DNA of 64,000 nt from Acidobacteriota bacterium (GTDB lineage Bacteria > Acidobacteriota > Thermoanaerobaculia > Multivoradales > UBA5704). The translations under genes were made by a program, and so were the position numbers. Positions within the stretch are counted from its first letter, which is position 1; the number at the start of each line of letters is the position of its first letter. The stretch is from contig JAXDKS010000039.1 in the NCBI GenBank assembly GCA_034666985.1, forward strand, positions 9,087 through 73,086. Reading direction: 5' to 3'. The notes beneath the pieces were generated by a model that was not told the origin of the DNA, did no database searches, and saw only the letters and a program-made list of their open reading frames with translations. Positions 10,850-18,728 of the stretch are shown here, in pieces.

Positions 10850-11119
10850 ATGGAGAAAAATCCCCTCAAGGCCTTGAGCTACGCCCTCGAGAAGTATCCG
10901 GAGCGGGTGGAGATGGTGCCCGTCGAGGAGCTGGTCACCGACAGCGCCCGGCAGAACGCCAAGCGGCCAGCCTACGTCACCCTCTCGGTGCCCGACGAGG
11001 TGGTGAAGAGCCTCAAGGGCCGTCGCGAGGAGCGCGACCTGCTGCTCCTGGTGCGGGTGCCGAAAGAGGTCCTGGAGCGTTCGGAGAGCCTCATCCTCCT
11101 CCCCGGGGAGGTCCGCTGA
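10850..11119 (+). CDS. hypothetical protein (89 aa)
   Basis: An ATG-started ORF whose composition looks like the neighbouring genes. Its stop overlaps the yggX start (ATGA at 11117-11121). I do not recognise the family. Confidence 0.45.
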   Translation: MEKNPLKALSYALEKYPERVEMVPVEELVTDSARQNAKRPAYVTLSVPDEVVKSLKGRREERDLLLLVRVPKEVLERSESLILLPGEVR

Positions 11120-11391
11120 TGGCCGCAACCGTCCACTGCGCCCGCTGCGGCCGCCCCGAAGCGCCCGCCCTCCCCCGCCAACCCCTCCCCGGCAAGCTCG
11201 GCGCCGAGATCCGCGAGCGGGTCTGCCTCGACTGCTGGAACGAGTGGCAGAAGATGGAGGTCATGGTCATCAACGAGTTGCGGCTGAACTTCATGGACCC
11301 CGCGGCCCAGGAGACCCTGACCAAGCATATGAAGGAGTTCCTGTTTCCGGGAGAGGCAGAGCCCAAGGGACCTCTGACGCCTATGAAGTGA
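11119..11391 (+). CDS. yggX: Fe(2+)-trafficking / oxidative damage protection protein, YggX family
   Basis: MAATVHCARCGR...PGKLGAEIRERVCLDCWNEWQKMEVMVINELRLNFMDP...FLF resembles E. coli YggX as I recall it (W-x-x-W-Q...INE..LN motif). Confidence 0.75.
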   Translation: MAATVHCARCGRPEAPALPRQPLPGKLGAEIRERVCLDCWNEWQKMEVMVINELRLNFMDPAAQETLTKHMKEFLFPGEAEPKGPLTPMK

Positions 11392-11444
11392 CCTGATGAG
11401 CTCTGGCCCAATCGTGGGGCTGAAAGCTCAACCCGAGACAAAGA

Positions 11445-12209
11445 ATGAGGTTAGATTTCTCACGGGTGCCTCGGCACCTCCTGCTCCGCTTCGTGGCCCT
11501 GGTGGTCATCGTGGTCACGGGCTTCGCGGTCCTGCACTTCACGCCGCTCTCCGAGTACCTGACGGTCGAGAAGATCTCGGCCCTGTTCGACCGGCTGCGG
11601 TCGACCTGGTGGGCTCCCCTGGCGCTGATCGCGACCTACGTCGTGCTTTGCCCGCTGGGAGTGCCGGCCTCGCCCATGATGCTGACCGGCGGGATGGTGT
11701 TCGGATTCATTCCCGGCTTCCTCTACAACCTCCTGGGGGCCTGGCTGGGAGGCGTCGCGACCTACTTCCTGGGCCGCATTCTGGGACGCGACTTCGTGAT
11801 GCACCTGGCGGGAAACCGCCTGAAAAAGGTGGAACGGGCCATCTCTCGGCGCGGCTTCTGGAGCCTCGTCACGCTACGCCTGCTGCCAATCCCCTATCCG
11901 CTGATCAACTACTGCGCCGCGCTGACGGGAATCCCTCCAGGCCTCTTCATGGTCACCACGCTGCTGGGCCTGATTCCCGCCAACCTTCTCTTCGCCTACT
12001 TCGCCTCCTCCCTGGCTCACCTCGCCGGACCGGACCGCAACAAGATCTACCTCCAATTCGTGGTGGCGATCGCCCTTATCGCCGTGCTCACCGTGGCGCC
12101 ACAGATCTGGATGGCGCGCCAGCGCAAGGTGAGATATCTGGAGCTGAAGGAGAAGAGGAGAGCCCGCCCCTTGACATCGAGATCGGCGTCGAATACCGTC
12201 CCTCCATAA
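11445..12209 (+). CDS. TVP38/TMEM64 family (DedA-related) membrane protein
   Basis: 254 aa with multiple TM segments. GGMVFGFIPGFLYNLLGAWLGGVATYFLGRILGRDFV and RLLPIPYPLINYCAALTGI are typical of the SNARE-associated/TVP38 family. Confidence 0.8.
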   Translation: MRLDFSRVPRHLLLRFVALVVIVVTGFAVLHFTPLSEYLTVEKISALFDRLRSTWWAPLALIATYVVLCPLGVPASPMMLTGGMVFGFIPGFLYNLLGAWLGGVATYFLGRILGRDFVMHLAGNRLKKVERAISRRGFWSLVTLRLLPIPYPLINYCAALTGIPPGLFMVTTLLGLIPANLLFAYFASSLAHLAGPDRNKIYLQFVVAIALIAVLTVAPQIWMARQRKVRYLELKEKRRARPLTSRSASNTVPP

Positions 12210-12344
12210 ATTCTCCCCTCCTGACCGGCTTTGTGCCCCGGATGGGATTATTCATTCGGAGGAATCGTGTCGACCAAGCTTGAGGAACGGCACTCGCGGA
12301 GATCCAGTAAGATCTCTAGGGGGATGGAACCCCAGGAGGTCACC

Positions 12345-12551
12345 ATGCGCAAGTCGTTCACTCTTGAGTACTGGCTCGACGACGACTGGTATGTCGGGAG
12401 GCTGAAGGAGGTCCCTGGGGTCTTCAGCCAGGGAGAAACTCTCACCGAGCTTGAGGAGAATATCCGGGATGCCTATCAGCTCTTGGTTGAGGACCAACCC
12501 GGCACTGGCCAGACCGAAACCCGTGTAAAGGAGATCGAGGTCGAGGTTTGA
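12345..12551 (+). CDS. hicB: HicB-family antitoxin, short form (UPF0150-like, no obvious DNA-binding domain)
   Basis: ATG 12345 follows AGGAGG (12334-12339). The 68-aa product is MRKSFTLEYWLDDDWYVGRLKEVPGVFSQGETLTELEENIRDAYQLLVE... Its stop overlaps the hicA start. Confidence 0.75.
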   Translation: MRKSFTLEYWLDDDWYVGRLKEVPGVFSQGETLTELEENIRDAYQLLVEDQPGTGQTETRVKEIEVEV

Positions 12552-12727
12552 AGCGACGCGATTTCATCCGGGAACTGGTCCAAGAGGGCTGCGTCCTGGA
12601 TCGACACGGAGGCCGTCACGACATCTACACCAATCCCGCCAACGGCAGAAAAGCGCCCCTCCCCCGGCACAACGAGATCAAGAACAGTCTGTGTGATCTG
12701 ATCCGGAAGCAGCTCGGCTTACAGTAG
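12548..12727 (+). CDS. hicA: HicA-family mRNA interferase toxin
   Basis: Hand translated from TTG 12548 as (M)KRRDFIRELVQEGCVLDRHGGRHDIYTNPANGRKAPLPRHNEIKNSLCDLIRKQLGLQ, ending at TAG 12725-12727. At 59 aa it falls below the apparent 60-aa floor of the ORF track. It overlaps the hicB stop by 4 nt (TTGA). Confidence 0.8.
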   Translation: MKRRDFIRELVQEGCVLDRHGGRHDIYTNPANGRKAPLPRHNEIKNSLCDLIRKQLGLQ

Positions 12728-12930
12728 AATATCTCTTCCTCCCAAGACCGCCTTCACCCTCGGACAGGCCGTGTCAACAGATATCGGAGCGTTGTCTACA
12801 GCTCCAGACGGACCTAACCCGGACACGGAGCAAGCCATGTCCGAGCTGACACAGGAGTCTACCCCCCAACGAAGCACCTCCTGACGATCTGCCGCCCGCC
12901 ATCCCGCCGATCATCGACCCCGACCCCGCC

Positions 12931-13287
12931 GGGATGGGAGTGACTGCCACCGCGATGGGAGCGACCGCCACCGAGGTGGGAACGACTGCCACCGGGATGG
13001 GAGCGACTGCCACCGCGGTGGGAGCGACTGCCGCCGAGATGGGAGCGGCTGCCACCGAGACGGGAGTCACTGCCACCAAGGTGGGAGTGACTGCCACCAA
13101 GGTGGGAGTGACTGCGACCGAGATGGGAGTGGCTGCCACCGAGGCGGGAGCGATTGCCATCGGGATGGGAGCGGCTCCCACTGCGGTGGGAGTTACCGCC
13201 ACCGAGATGGGAGTTACCGCCACCAAGATGGGAGTCACTGCGACCGAGGTGGGAGCGGCTGCCACCGCGGCGGGAGCGGCTGCGACC
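12931..13287. repeat. 17 x 21-bp tandem direct repeat (minisatellite), consensus GAGATGGGAGCGACTGCCACC
   Basis: Units start at 12931+21n for n=0..16 with no indels. Positions 3, 6-9 and 17 are invariant. The array lies between the hicA stop (12727) and the AAA ATPase stop (13296). Confidence 0.95.
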
Positions 13288-13295
13288 GGCTATCC

Positions 13296-14399
13296 CTACA
13301 CCTTCCCCAGCACCGCCTCCACCTCCGACAGGTCGATGAGCAGCGCGCCGCCGGTCGTGGACTTGTCGGGGTCGAACTCGTAGTCGCGGATCACCCGGCG
13401 GAAGACCTCTTTCAGGGCACGGGCTCCCAGGCGGGGCTGGCGGCCGGCTTCGGTGGCGATGCGGCGGACGGCGTTCGGCGAGATCGCCAGGTGGATGCCC
13501 CGGCTCTCGAAGTAGGCCTTGCTCTGGTGGAAGGCCGACTCGGGGGTTTCCAGGAAGATGCGCACCAACTCGTCCTGGCCGAGGTCCTGGAGCAGCACCA
13601 CGGCGTCGAAGCGGGAGAGGAACTGCGGGCTCATGCCGTAGTCGAAAAGATCCTCGTTGCGCAGCCAGTCGCGGAGATGGAAGACGAGCTTCTCCGTCAC
13701 CTTCCCACCCTCCACGACGGTGACCGGATGGAGCGCCCCCCGGTCCTTGCCGATGGTGATCCGGTCGTAGACGGCGTCGTAGAGTCCCTCGAAGGCACCG
13801 GCGCAGACGAAGAGGAGCTCCGAGGAGTTGACGGTAAGGGCGCCGCCACCCGCCCAGTCCGGGAGGGTGAGAGGCACGGCCTCGTTCTCGATCAGCGTGA
13901 GCAGGGCCTCCTGGGCGCGGATGCCCGCCACGTTCGGCTGGCCGCCCACGTGGGAGCGGATCTTGTCCACCTCGTCCACGAACACCAGCCCCGAGGCGGC
14001 CCGGCGCAGCAGCATGTCGATCGGCGCCTTGGGACCGAGCTGCTCGCGGGCCCGCTCCAGGAGCCTGCCCAGCACCACCTCGCCCGGACGCCCCTTCTCC
14101 GCCTCCTCCCCCAGCACGTTGGCGTGGATACGCACCACCGCCGAGCGGGTGGCCAGCACCGTGTCGGAGGCCAGATAGGACTCGACCGCCCGCATTAGCG
14201 TCGTCTTGCCCGTGCCGGACGAACCGATCATCAGGATGTTGCCCACCCGCAGACCGGCCAGGTGCTTGGACAGGGCCACGGCCATCTCCCGCACGGCCTC
14301 CTCCTGCCCCAAGATGCGGCGGGTGAGGGCGCCGGCGATCTCGGACGGCGTGGGGGCGGTGAGGGGACGCTGGGGATTGGCGATCATGAGCGGACTCAC
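13296..14399 (-). CDS. AAA+ ATPase, ClpX/HslU-like (no N-terminal zinc-binding domain seen)
   Basis: 367 aa with Walker A GSSGTGKTTLM and Walker B LVFVDEVDKI. The C-terminal lid region ARALKEVFRRVI resembles ClpX. The GTG start overlaps the fabH stop (GTGA). Confidence 0.75.
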   Translation of the reverse strand: MSPLMIANPQRPLTAPTPSEIAGALTRRILGQEEAVREMAVALSKHLAGLRVGNILMIGSSGTGKTTLMRAVESYLASDTVLATRSAVVRIHANVLGEEAEKGRPGEVVLGRLLERAREQLGPKAPIDMLLRRAASGLVFVDEVDKIRSHVGGQPNVAGIRAQEALLTLIENEAVPLTLPDWAGGGALTVNSSELLFVCAGAFEGLYDAVYDRITIGKDRGALHPVTVVEGGKVTEKLVFHLRDWLRNEDLFDYGMSPQFLSRFDAVVLLQDLGQDELVRIFLETPESAFHQSKAYFESRGIHLAISPNAVRRIATEAGRQPRLGARALKEVFRRVIRDYEFDPDKSTTGGALLIDLSEVEAVLGKV

Positions 14400-15466
14400 A
14401 CCCGCATCAGCACCGCACCCCAGTGGAGGCCGGCGCCGAGGGCGGCGAAGGCCACGAGCGAGCCTTCCGGAGCCTTGCCGAGGTGGCGCGCCTCGTGGAA
14501 GGCCAGGGGCAGGGTGGCCGAGGTGGTGTTCCCGTACTTCTGGATGTTGTTGTAGACCTTGTCGTCCGGCAGGCCCAGAACCTGCTGCGCCTTCTCGTTG
14601 ATGCGCAGGTTGGCCTGGTGCATCACCAGCAGGTCGAGGTCCTGCGTGGTGTAGCCGCAGCGCTTGAGCACCTCGACGGTCGCCTCGGGCATGCGGGTGA
14701 CGGCCAGCTTGAAGACCTGCCGGCCGTCCATCACCGGCACCGTCTCCGCCTTCTGAATCATCTCGCAGGTGACGAAGGGCCGCCGCGCCGAGCCACCGCC
14801 CGGGACGTAGAGGATGTCCTTGTGGTTGCCGTCACCGTAAAGGGCCGCCGCGAGGATGCCGCGGCCGTCCGACTCCTCGGCCCGGAAGACCATGGCTCCG
14901 GCGCCGTCGCCGAACAGCACGAGCAGGTGCCGGAAGCGGGAGTTCCACTGGAAGTCCTCGTCGGACAGGGGACCGGGATCGCGGCCGTGGAGCACCTCGA
15001 AGGTGCGGTCCGAGAACGGCATCAGGGAGGTGTGGACGTCGGTCCCCACCAGCAGCACGGTGCGGGCGATGCCGCTGCGGATCAGGGCATCCACCATCTG
15101 GAGGCCGTAGGCGAAGCCGGCGCACTGCTGGCGGATGTCGAGGGCCGGCAGGGGCCGCAGCCCGAGCTTCTGCTGGAGGGGGGTGCCGGTGCCCGGGAAG
15201 TAGTGGTCGGGCGTCATGGTGGCGCAGACCAGGTAGTCCACCTCCCCGGGATCGACGCCGGCGTCCGCCAGGGCCGCCCTCCCCGCCTCGGCGCCCAGAT
15301 CCGAGGAGGCGACCCCGCGCTCGACGTAGTAGCGCGTCGAGATGCCGCTGCGCTCCCGCACCCAGTCGTCGCTCGTCTCGATGATCCGCGACAGCATGTG
15401 GTTGGTCACCTCGAGCGGCGGGACGGCGATCCCGGTTCCCGCGAGCACGGCACGAACCTCGGTCAT
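14396..15466 (-). CDS. fabH: 3-oxoacyl-ACP synthase III family (FabH-like), with an internal insertion
   Basis: 356 aa with the catalytic triad contexts QQCAGFAYG, VMHQAN and YGNTTSAT. About 25 extra residues (EVLHGRDPGPLSDEDFQWNSRFRH) precede LFGDGAGA, compared with E. coli FabH as I recall it. Confidence 0.8.
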   Translation of the reverse strand: MTEVRAVLAGTGIAVPPLEVTNHMLSRIIETSDDWVRERSGISTRYYVERGVASSDLGAEAGRAALADAGVDPGEVDYLVCATMTPDHYFPGTGTPLQQKLGLRPLPALDIRQQCAGFAYGLQMVDALIRSGIARTVLLVGTDVHTSLMPFSDRTFEVLHGRDPGPLSDEDFQWNSRFRHLLVLFGDGAGAMVFRAEESDGRGILAAALYGDGNHKDILYVPGGGSARRPFVTCEMIQKAETVPVMDGRQVFKLAVTRMPEATVEVLKRCGYTTQDLDLLVMHQANLRINEKAQQVLGLPDDKVYNNIQKYGNTTSATLPLAFHEARHLGKAPEGSLVAFAALGAGLHWGAVLMRV

Positions 15467-15496
15467 GGGGGGCGAGCTCCTTGGTTGGGGAAAGAT

Positions 15497-16060
15497 CTAA
15501 TTGCCGTCCGGCGACTCTTGCGGGGGGAGGATCCGGACGGTCCCCGGACCGTAGGTGACGGTCAGATCGCCGCGCTTGATGAAGCGGTAGGAGGCGAGCG
15601 GATGCCTGCCGTCGAGCCCCGACGGCGAATTCGCCCCGTAGGTCCAGACCTCGATGGGCGGGTCGCCAGGACGGGGCGAGACGTCGAAACTCACCTTCTC
15701 CGGCCTGCCATAGAGCACGTAGATGACACCGCGGTCGGTGCGGCGGCCGTTGTAGCCGGCTTCGCTGTAGAGCCGGTCGGCGACGGCGGAGCGCTCCTCG
15801 AAGGCTTTGAGAACCGGCTGGCCGCGCTGGCTCCAGAAGCTCGCGGCGAAGGCTTCGGCCGCCGCGTCGTCCTTGAGGGCCAGGAAGGCCTGGACCTCCT
15901 CCGGCGTGGCCAGGCGGGAGACGGGCCCCACCAGCCAAGCCGACCAGTCCGGCCCCAGGAAGGGGTTGGTCAGGTCCGCGGCGGATCTCGGGGCGCCCCC
16001 GCCGCCGCACCCGGCGGCGAGCAGCGCCAGCAGCAGGAAGGCGAAACCCCGGCTACGCAT
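15497..16060 (-). CDS. GWxTD-domain lipoprotein
   Basis: It has a signal peptide with lipobox LLAAGC. RRTDRGVIYVLYGRPEKV matches the GWxTD-domain core pattern (x-TDRG-x-YI-x-YG-P). Confidence 0.65.
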   Translation of the reverse strand: MRSRGFAFLLLALLAAGCGGGGAPRSAADLTNPFLGPDWSAWLVGPVSRLATPEEVQAFLALKDDAAAEAFAASFWSQRGQPVLKAFEERSAVADRLYSEAGYNGRRTDRGVIYVLYGRPEKVSFDVSPRPGDPPIEVWTYGANSPSGLDGRHPLASYRFIKRGDLTVTYGPGTVRILPPQESPDGN

Positions 16061-16688
16061 GGCGGAGGAGGTCCAGGAACTCCTCGCGCACCTGCTTCTG
16101 GTGGAAGATGCCGCGCAGGGCCGAGGTCACCGTCAGGGCTCCGGGCTTCTTGACGCCGCGCATCTCGACGCACAGGTGGCGCGCCTCGATGACCACCATG
16201 GCCCCCAGCGGCTGGAGCTTCTCCTCCAGGAAGGTCACCACCTGCTCGGTGAGCCGCTCCTGGAGCTGCGGCCGCTTGGCGTAGAACTCCAGGATGCGGG
16301 CGAACTTCGACAGCCCCAGGATACGGTCGCGGGGGATGTAGGCGATGTGGGCATGGCCGTAGAACGGCACGAGATGGTGGGCGCACATGGAGTAGAAGGG
16401 GATCTGCTTCTCCATCACCATGTGGCTGTACTGCTCCTCGTTGGGGAAGGTCGTGACCTTCGGCTCCGCCCCCTCGGACAGCCCGTGGAACATCTCGATG
16501 TACATCTTGGCCACCCGCAGGTCGGTCTCGGCCAGGTTGGGGTCCTTCAGGTCCAGCCCCAAGGCCGAGAGGATGCCCCGCACGTGGTGGGCGATGGTGT
16601 CGAGCTTCTGCTGGTGGGCGTCGTCCAACTCGGAGAGGGCTACCGGGGGCACGTGCTCCGGGACGATGACGTGGGGGTCTTGGCTCAT
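16053..16688 (-). CDS. folE: GTP cyclohydrolase I
   Basis: ATG 16688-16686 starts MSQDPHV... The motifs FYSMCAHHLVPFYGHAHIAY and HLCVEMRGV are FolE signatures. The longer 279-aa track ORF extends into the divergent promoter region. Confidence 0.9.
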   Translation of the reverse strand: MSQDPHVIVPEHVPPVALSELDDAHQQKLDTIAHHVRGILSALGLDLKDPNLAETDLRVAKMYIEMFHGLSEGAEPKVTTFPNEEQYSHMVMEKQIPFYSMCAHHLVPFYGHAHIAYIPRDRILGLSKFARILEFYAKRPQLQERLTEQVVTFLEEKLQPLGAMVVIEARHLCVEMRGVKKPGALTVTSALRGIFHQKQVREEFLDLLRHA

Positions 16689-16689
16689 G

Positions 16690-16717
16690 GCTCCTCGCTC
16701 CTCGCTCCTCGCTCCTC
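16690..16717. repeat. 4 x 7-bp tandem repeat GCTCCTC (GAGGAGC on the folE strand)
   Basis: Copies at 16690-96, 16697-703, 16704-710 and 16711-717. On the minus strand this gives four tandem Shine-Dalgarno-like GAGGAG motifs ending 2 nt before the folE ATG. Confidence 0.9.
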
Positions 16718-16827
16718 GAACGGTCCCATATCCTACACCAGCGTGGCCGGTCCGCCTTTTGCAGTCCCTCTCCTGCGGGTCGACCACCTGGAAGCCACAC
16801 GACAAGACACGACAAGGAGATAAAACC

Positions 16828-17268
16828 ATGGCTGGAAAGAGCGCACGCGACATCATGACCGACAGCCCCGCGGTCTGCACCCCGGACTCCACCTCTCAGG
16901 ACGCCGCGCGGCTGATGCAGGACAACGACTGCGGCAGCCTCCCGATCGTGGAGAGCCGCGACTCGATGAAGCTCATCGGCATCGTCACCGACCGCGACCT
17001 GGCCCTGAGAATCCTGGGCCGCGGCATGGGCCCCGAGACCAAGGTCCGCGAGGCCATGACCCGCAACGTCTCCTCGGTGAAGCAGGACGCCGACCTCAAC
17101 GAGGTGGAGCGGCTCATGTCCGGCCAGCAGGTCCGCCGCATCCCGGTGGTCGACGGCCAGGACCGCCTGATCGGCATCATCGCCCAGGCCGACCTCGCCC
17201 GCGAGCAGGGCGCCGTGGGCAGCAAGGACTTCGGCCGGGTGATGGAGAAGATCTCCGAGCCGCGGTAG
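16828..17268 (+). CDS. CBS-domain pair protein
   Basis: ATG 16828 follows AAGGAGA (16814-16820). The 146-aa product has two CBS-like halves (ARDIMTDSPAVCTPD...LPIVE and VREAMTRNVSSV...RIPVVD). Confidence 0.8.
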   Translation: MAGKSARDIMTDSPAVCTPDSTSQDAARLMQDNDCGSLPIVESRDSMKLIGIVTDRDLALRILGRGMGPETKVREAMTRNVSSVKQDADLNEVERLMSGQQVRRIPVVDGQDRLIGIIAQADLAREQGAVGSKDFGRVMEKISEPR

Positions 17269-17330
17269 GAAGTCCCACACTTACCCTGAGCGCCCTCCCG
17301 GGCTATGATCCCATGGGCAAGGAGGGCGCC

Positions 17331-17954
17331 ATGCTCTATGACCTCTCGCCCACCGTCCGGCCGGAGACCCCGGTCTGGCCGGGCGACACGCCGTTCCAGT
17401 CCCGGCTCACGTGGTCCATCGCCGAGGGGGCCAGCGTCAATCTCTCGATGATCACCACCACGCCCCACCTCGGCTCCCACGCCGACGCCCCCTTCCATAC
17501 CGAGGCGCGGGGCGAGGGCATGGCGGACATGCCGCTCGACCGCTACCTCGGTCTCTGCCAGGTGGTGCGGGTGCCGCCGCAGCCGCTGATCGAGTTGCGC
17601 CACGTCGAGGGGATCGACCTCGCCAACCCGGGCCGGTTGCTGTTCCGCAGCGAGAGCGTGCGCGACCGCCGCACCTTTCCCGAGCGGTTCACCGCCCTGT
17701 CTCCCGAGCTGGCCCACCACCTGGCCGAGAAGGGAGCGCTGCTGGTGGGGATGGACACGCCCTCGGTGGACCCGTTCGACAGTAAGACGCTGGACGCCCA
17801 CCATGCCCTGTTCCGCGGCGGCGTCGCCATCCTGGAGGGGCTGATGCTGGACGGCGTGCCGGAGGGGATCTACGAGCTCATCGCCCTGCCGCTCCGGCTG
17901 GCGGGGCTCGACGCCTCACCCGTGCGGGCCGTGCTGCGGACCTTGGAGGCTTGA
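17331..17954 (+). CDS. kynB: arylformamidase (kynurenine formamidase)
   Basis: MLYDLSPTVRPETPVWPGDTPF...TTPHLGSHADAPFH...DTPSVDP...YELIALPLRLAGLDASPVRAVLR closely resembles Pseudomonas KynB as I recall it. I prefer ATG 17331 because AAGGAGG lies at 17319-17325. Confidence 0.85.
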   Translation: MLYDLSPTVRPETPVWPGDTPFQSRLTWSIAEGASVNLSMITTTPHLGSHADAPFHTEARGEGMADMPLDRYLGLCQVVRVPPQPLIELRHVEGIDLANPGRLLFRSESVRDRRTFPERFTALSPELAHHLAEKGALLVGMDTPSVDPFDSKTLDAHHALFRGGVAILEGLMLDGVPEGIYELIALPLRLAGLDASPVRAVLRTLEA

Positions 17955-18033
17955 CGGCGTGGATTGAAGGGTAGAATAGCGGGATGCTGGAACCTGGCTT
18001 CCGCACCAGGAGGCCCTGAGAGGAGAGTCACCT

Positions 18034-18693
18034 GTGAACAGCAAGGAATTCGTCGCGCAATTGATGGAAGAGATGACCCGGGTGTTCGCGCGGCTGGGCA
18101 AGACGGAGACGCTGGAATCGGAGTCGGAGGGGAACGTGGACGTCGTCACCCTCCTGCGCCTGGCGCTGAAGAGCGAGCTGGAGGCGAGCGAGCTTGCCGG
18201 GGCCTGGATGCCCACCACGCCCGAGGTGGACGCCAAGATGGCCTTTGCCCTGCAGTGCGGCGACGAGATGAAGCACTACGGCCTGATCAGCCAGCGCCTG
18301 GCGGAGCTGGGCGAGGACCTGACCGACTTCGACCCCCTGTCCGACGGGCACAGTCCCCTCTACCAGTATCTCCGGGGCCTGCGCACCACGGTCGAGCGCA
18401 TCGCCGGCGGCCCCTTCGCCAGCGAGGCCATCGCCCTGGTGCGCAACGCCCAGTTCGTCGATTTCTGCCGCTCGGTGGGCGACGAGGAGACGGCGCGCCT
18501 CTACGCCGGCACCATCCAGCCCGAAGAGGCGCACCACCACCACCTCGGCCGGGAGATCCTGGAGAAGTACCTCACCACCCCCGAGCTCCAGGAGCTCGCC
18601 GCCTCCGCCGTGCGCAACACCCTGGCCATCGCCGACGAGCTGCGCAACCTGGCCGCCATGACCACGGGCGTCCACAACATTCCAGTCTCCTGA
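18034..18693 (+). CDS. ferritin-like domain protein
   Basis: 219 aa with a GTG start and a helical composition. The E-x-x-H-like pairs (SELEASE, GDEMKHY, EEAHHHHLGRE) suggest a diiron four-helix bundle. The family is not identified further. Confidence 0.5.
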   Translation: MNSKEFVAQLMEEMTRVFARLGKTETLESESEGNVDVVTLLRLALKSELEASELAGAWMPTTPEVDAKMAFALQCGDEMKHYGLISQRLAELGEDLTDFDPLSDGHSPLYQYLRGLRTTVERIAGGPFASEAIALVRNAQFVDFCRSVGDEETARLYAGTIQPEEAHHHHLGREILEKYLTTPELQELAASAVRNTLAIADELRNLAAMTTGVHNIPVS

Positions 18694-18728
18694 GCCCTTT
18701 TCCTGAAGCCCATTTCCTGAAGAAGACC

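Noticed and set aside
12931-13287. CRISPR array interpretation of the 21-bp repeats
   Set aside because: The units are contiguous with no spacers, the period is far shorter than a repeat plus spacer, and no cas genes are present in the window.
12934-13383. Calling the heptad-repeat ORFs (12934..13383 plus strand, 12774..13265 minus strand, 13154..13339 plus strand) as CDS features
   Set aside because: Several frames are open simply because the repeat lacks stop codons. No RBS is present. The plus ORF overlaps the ATPase 3' end in antisense, and the minus ORF starts inside the array. I kept this as a finding rather than a gene call.
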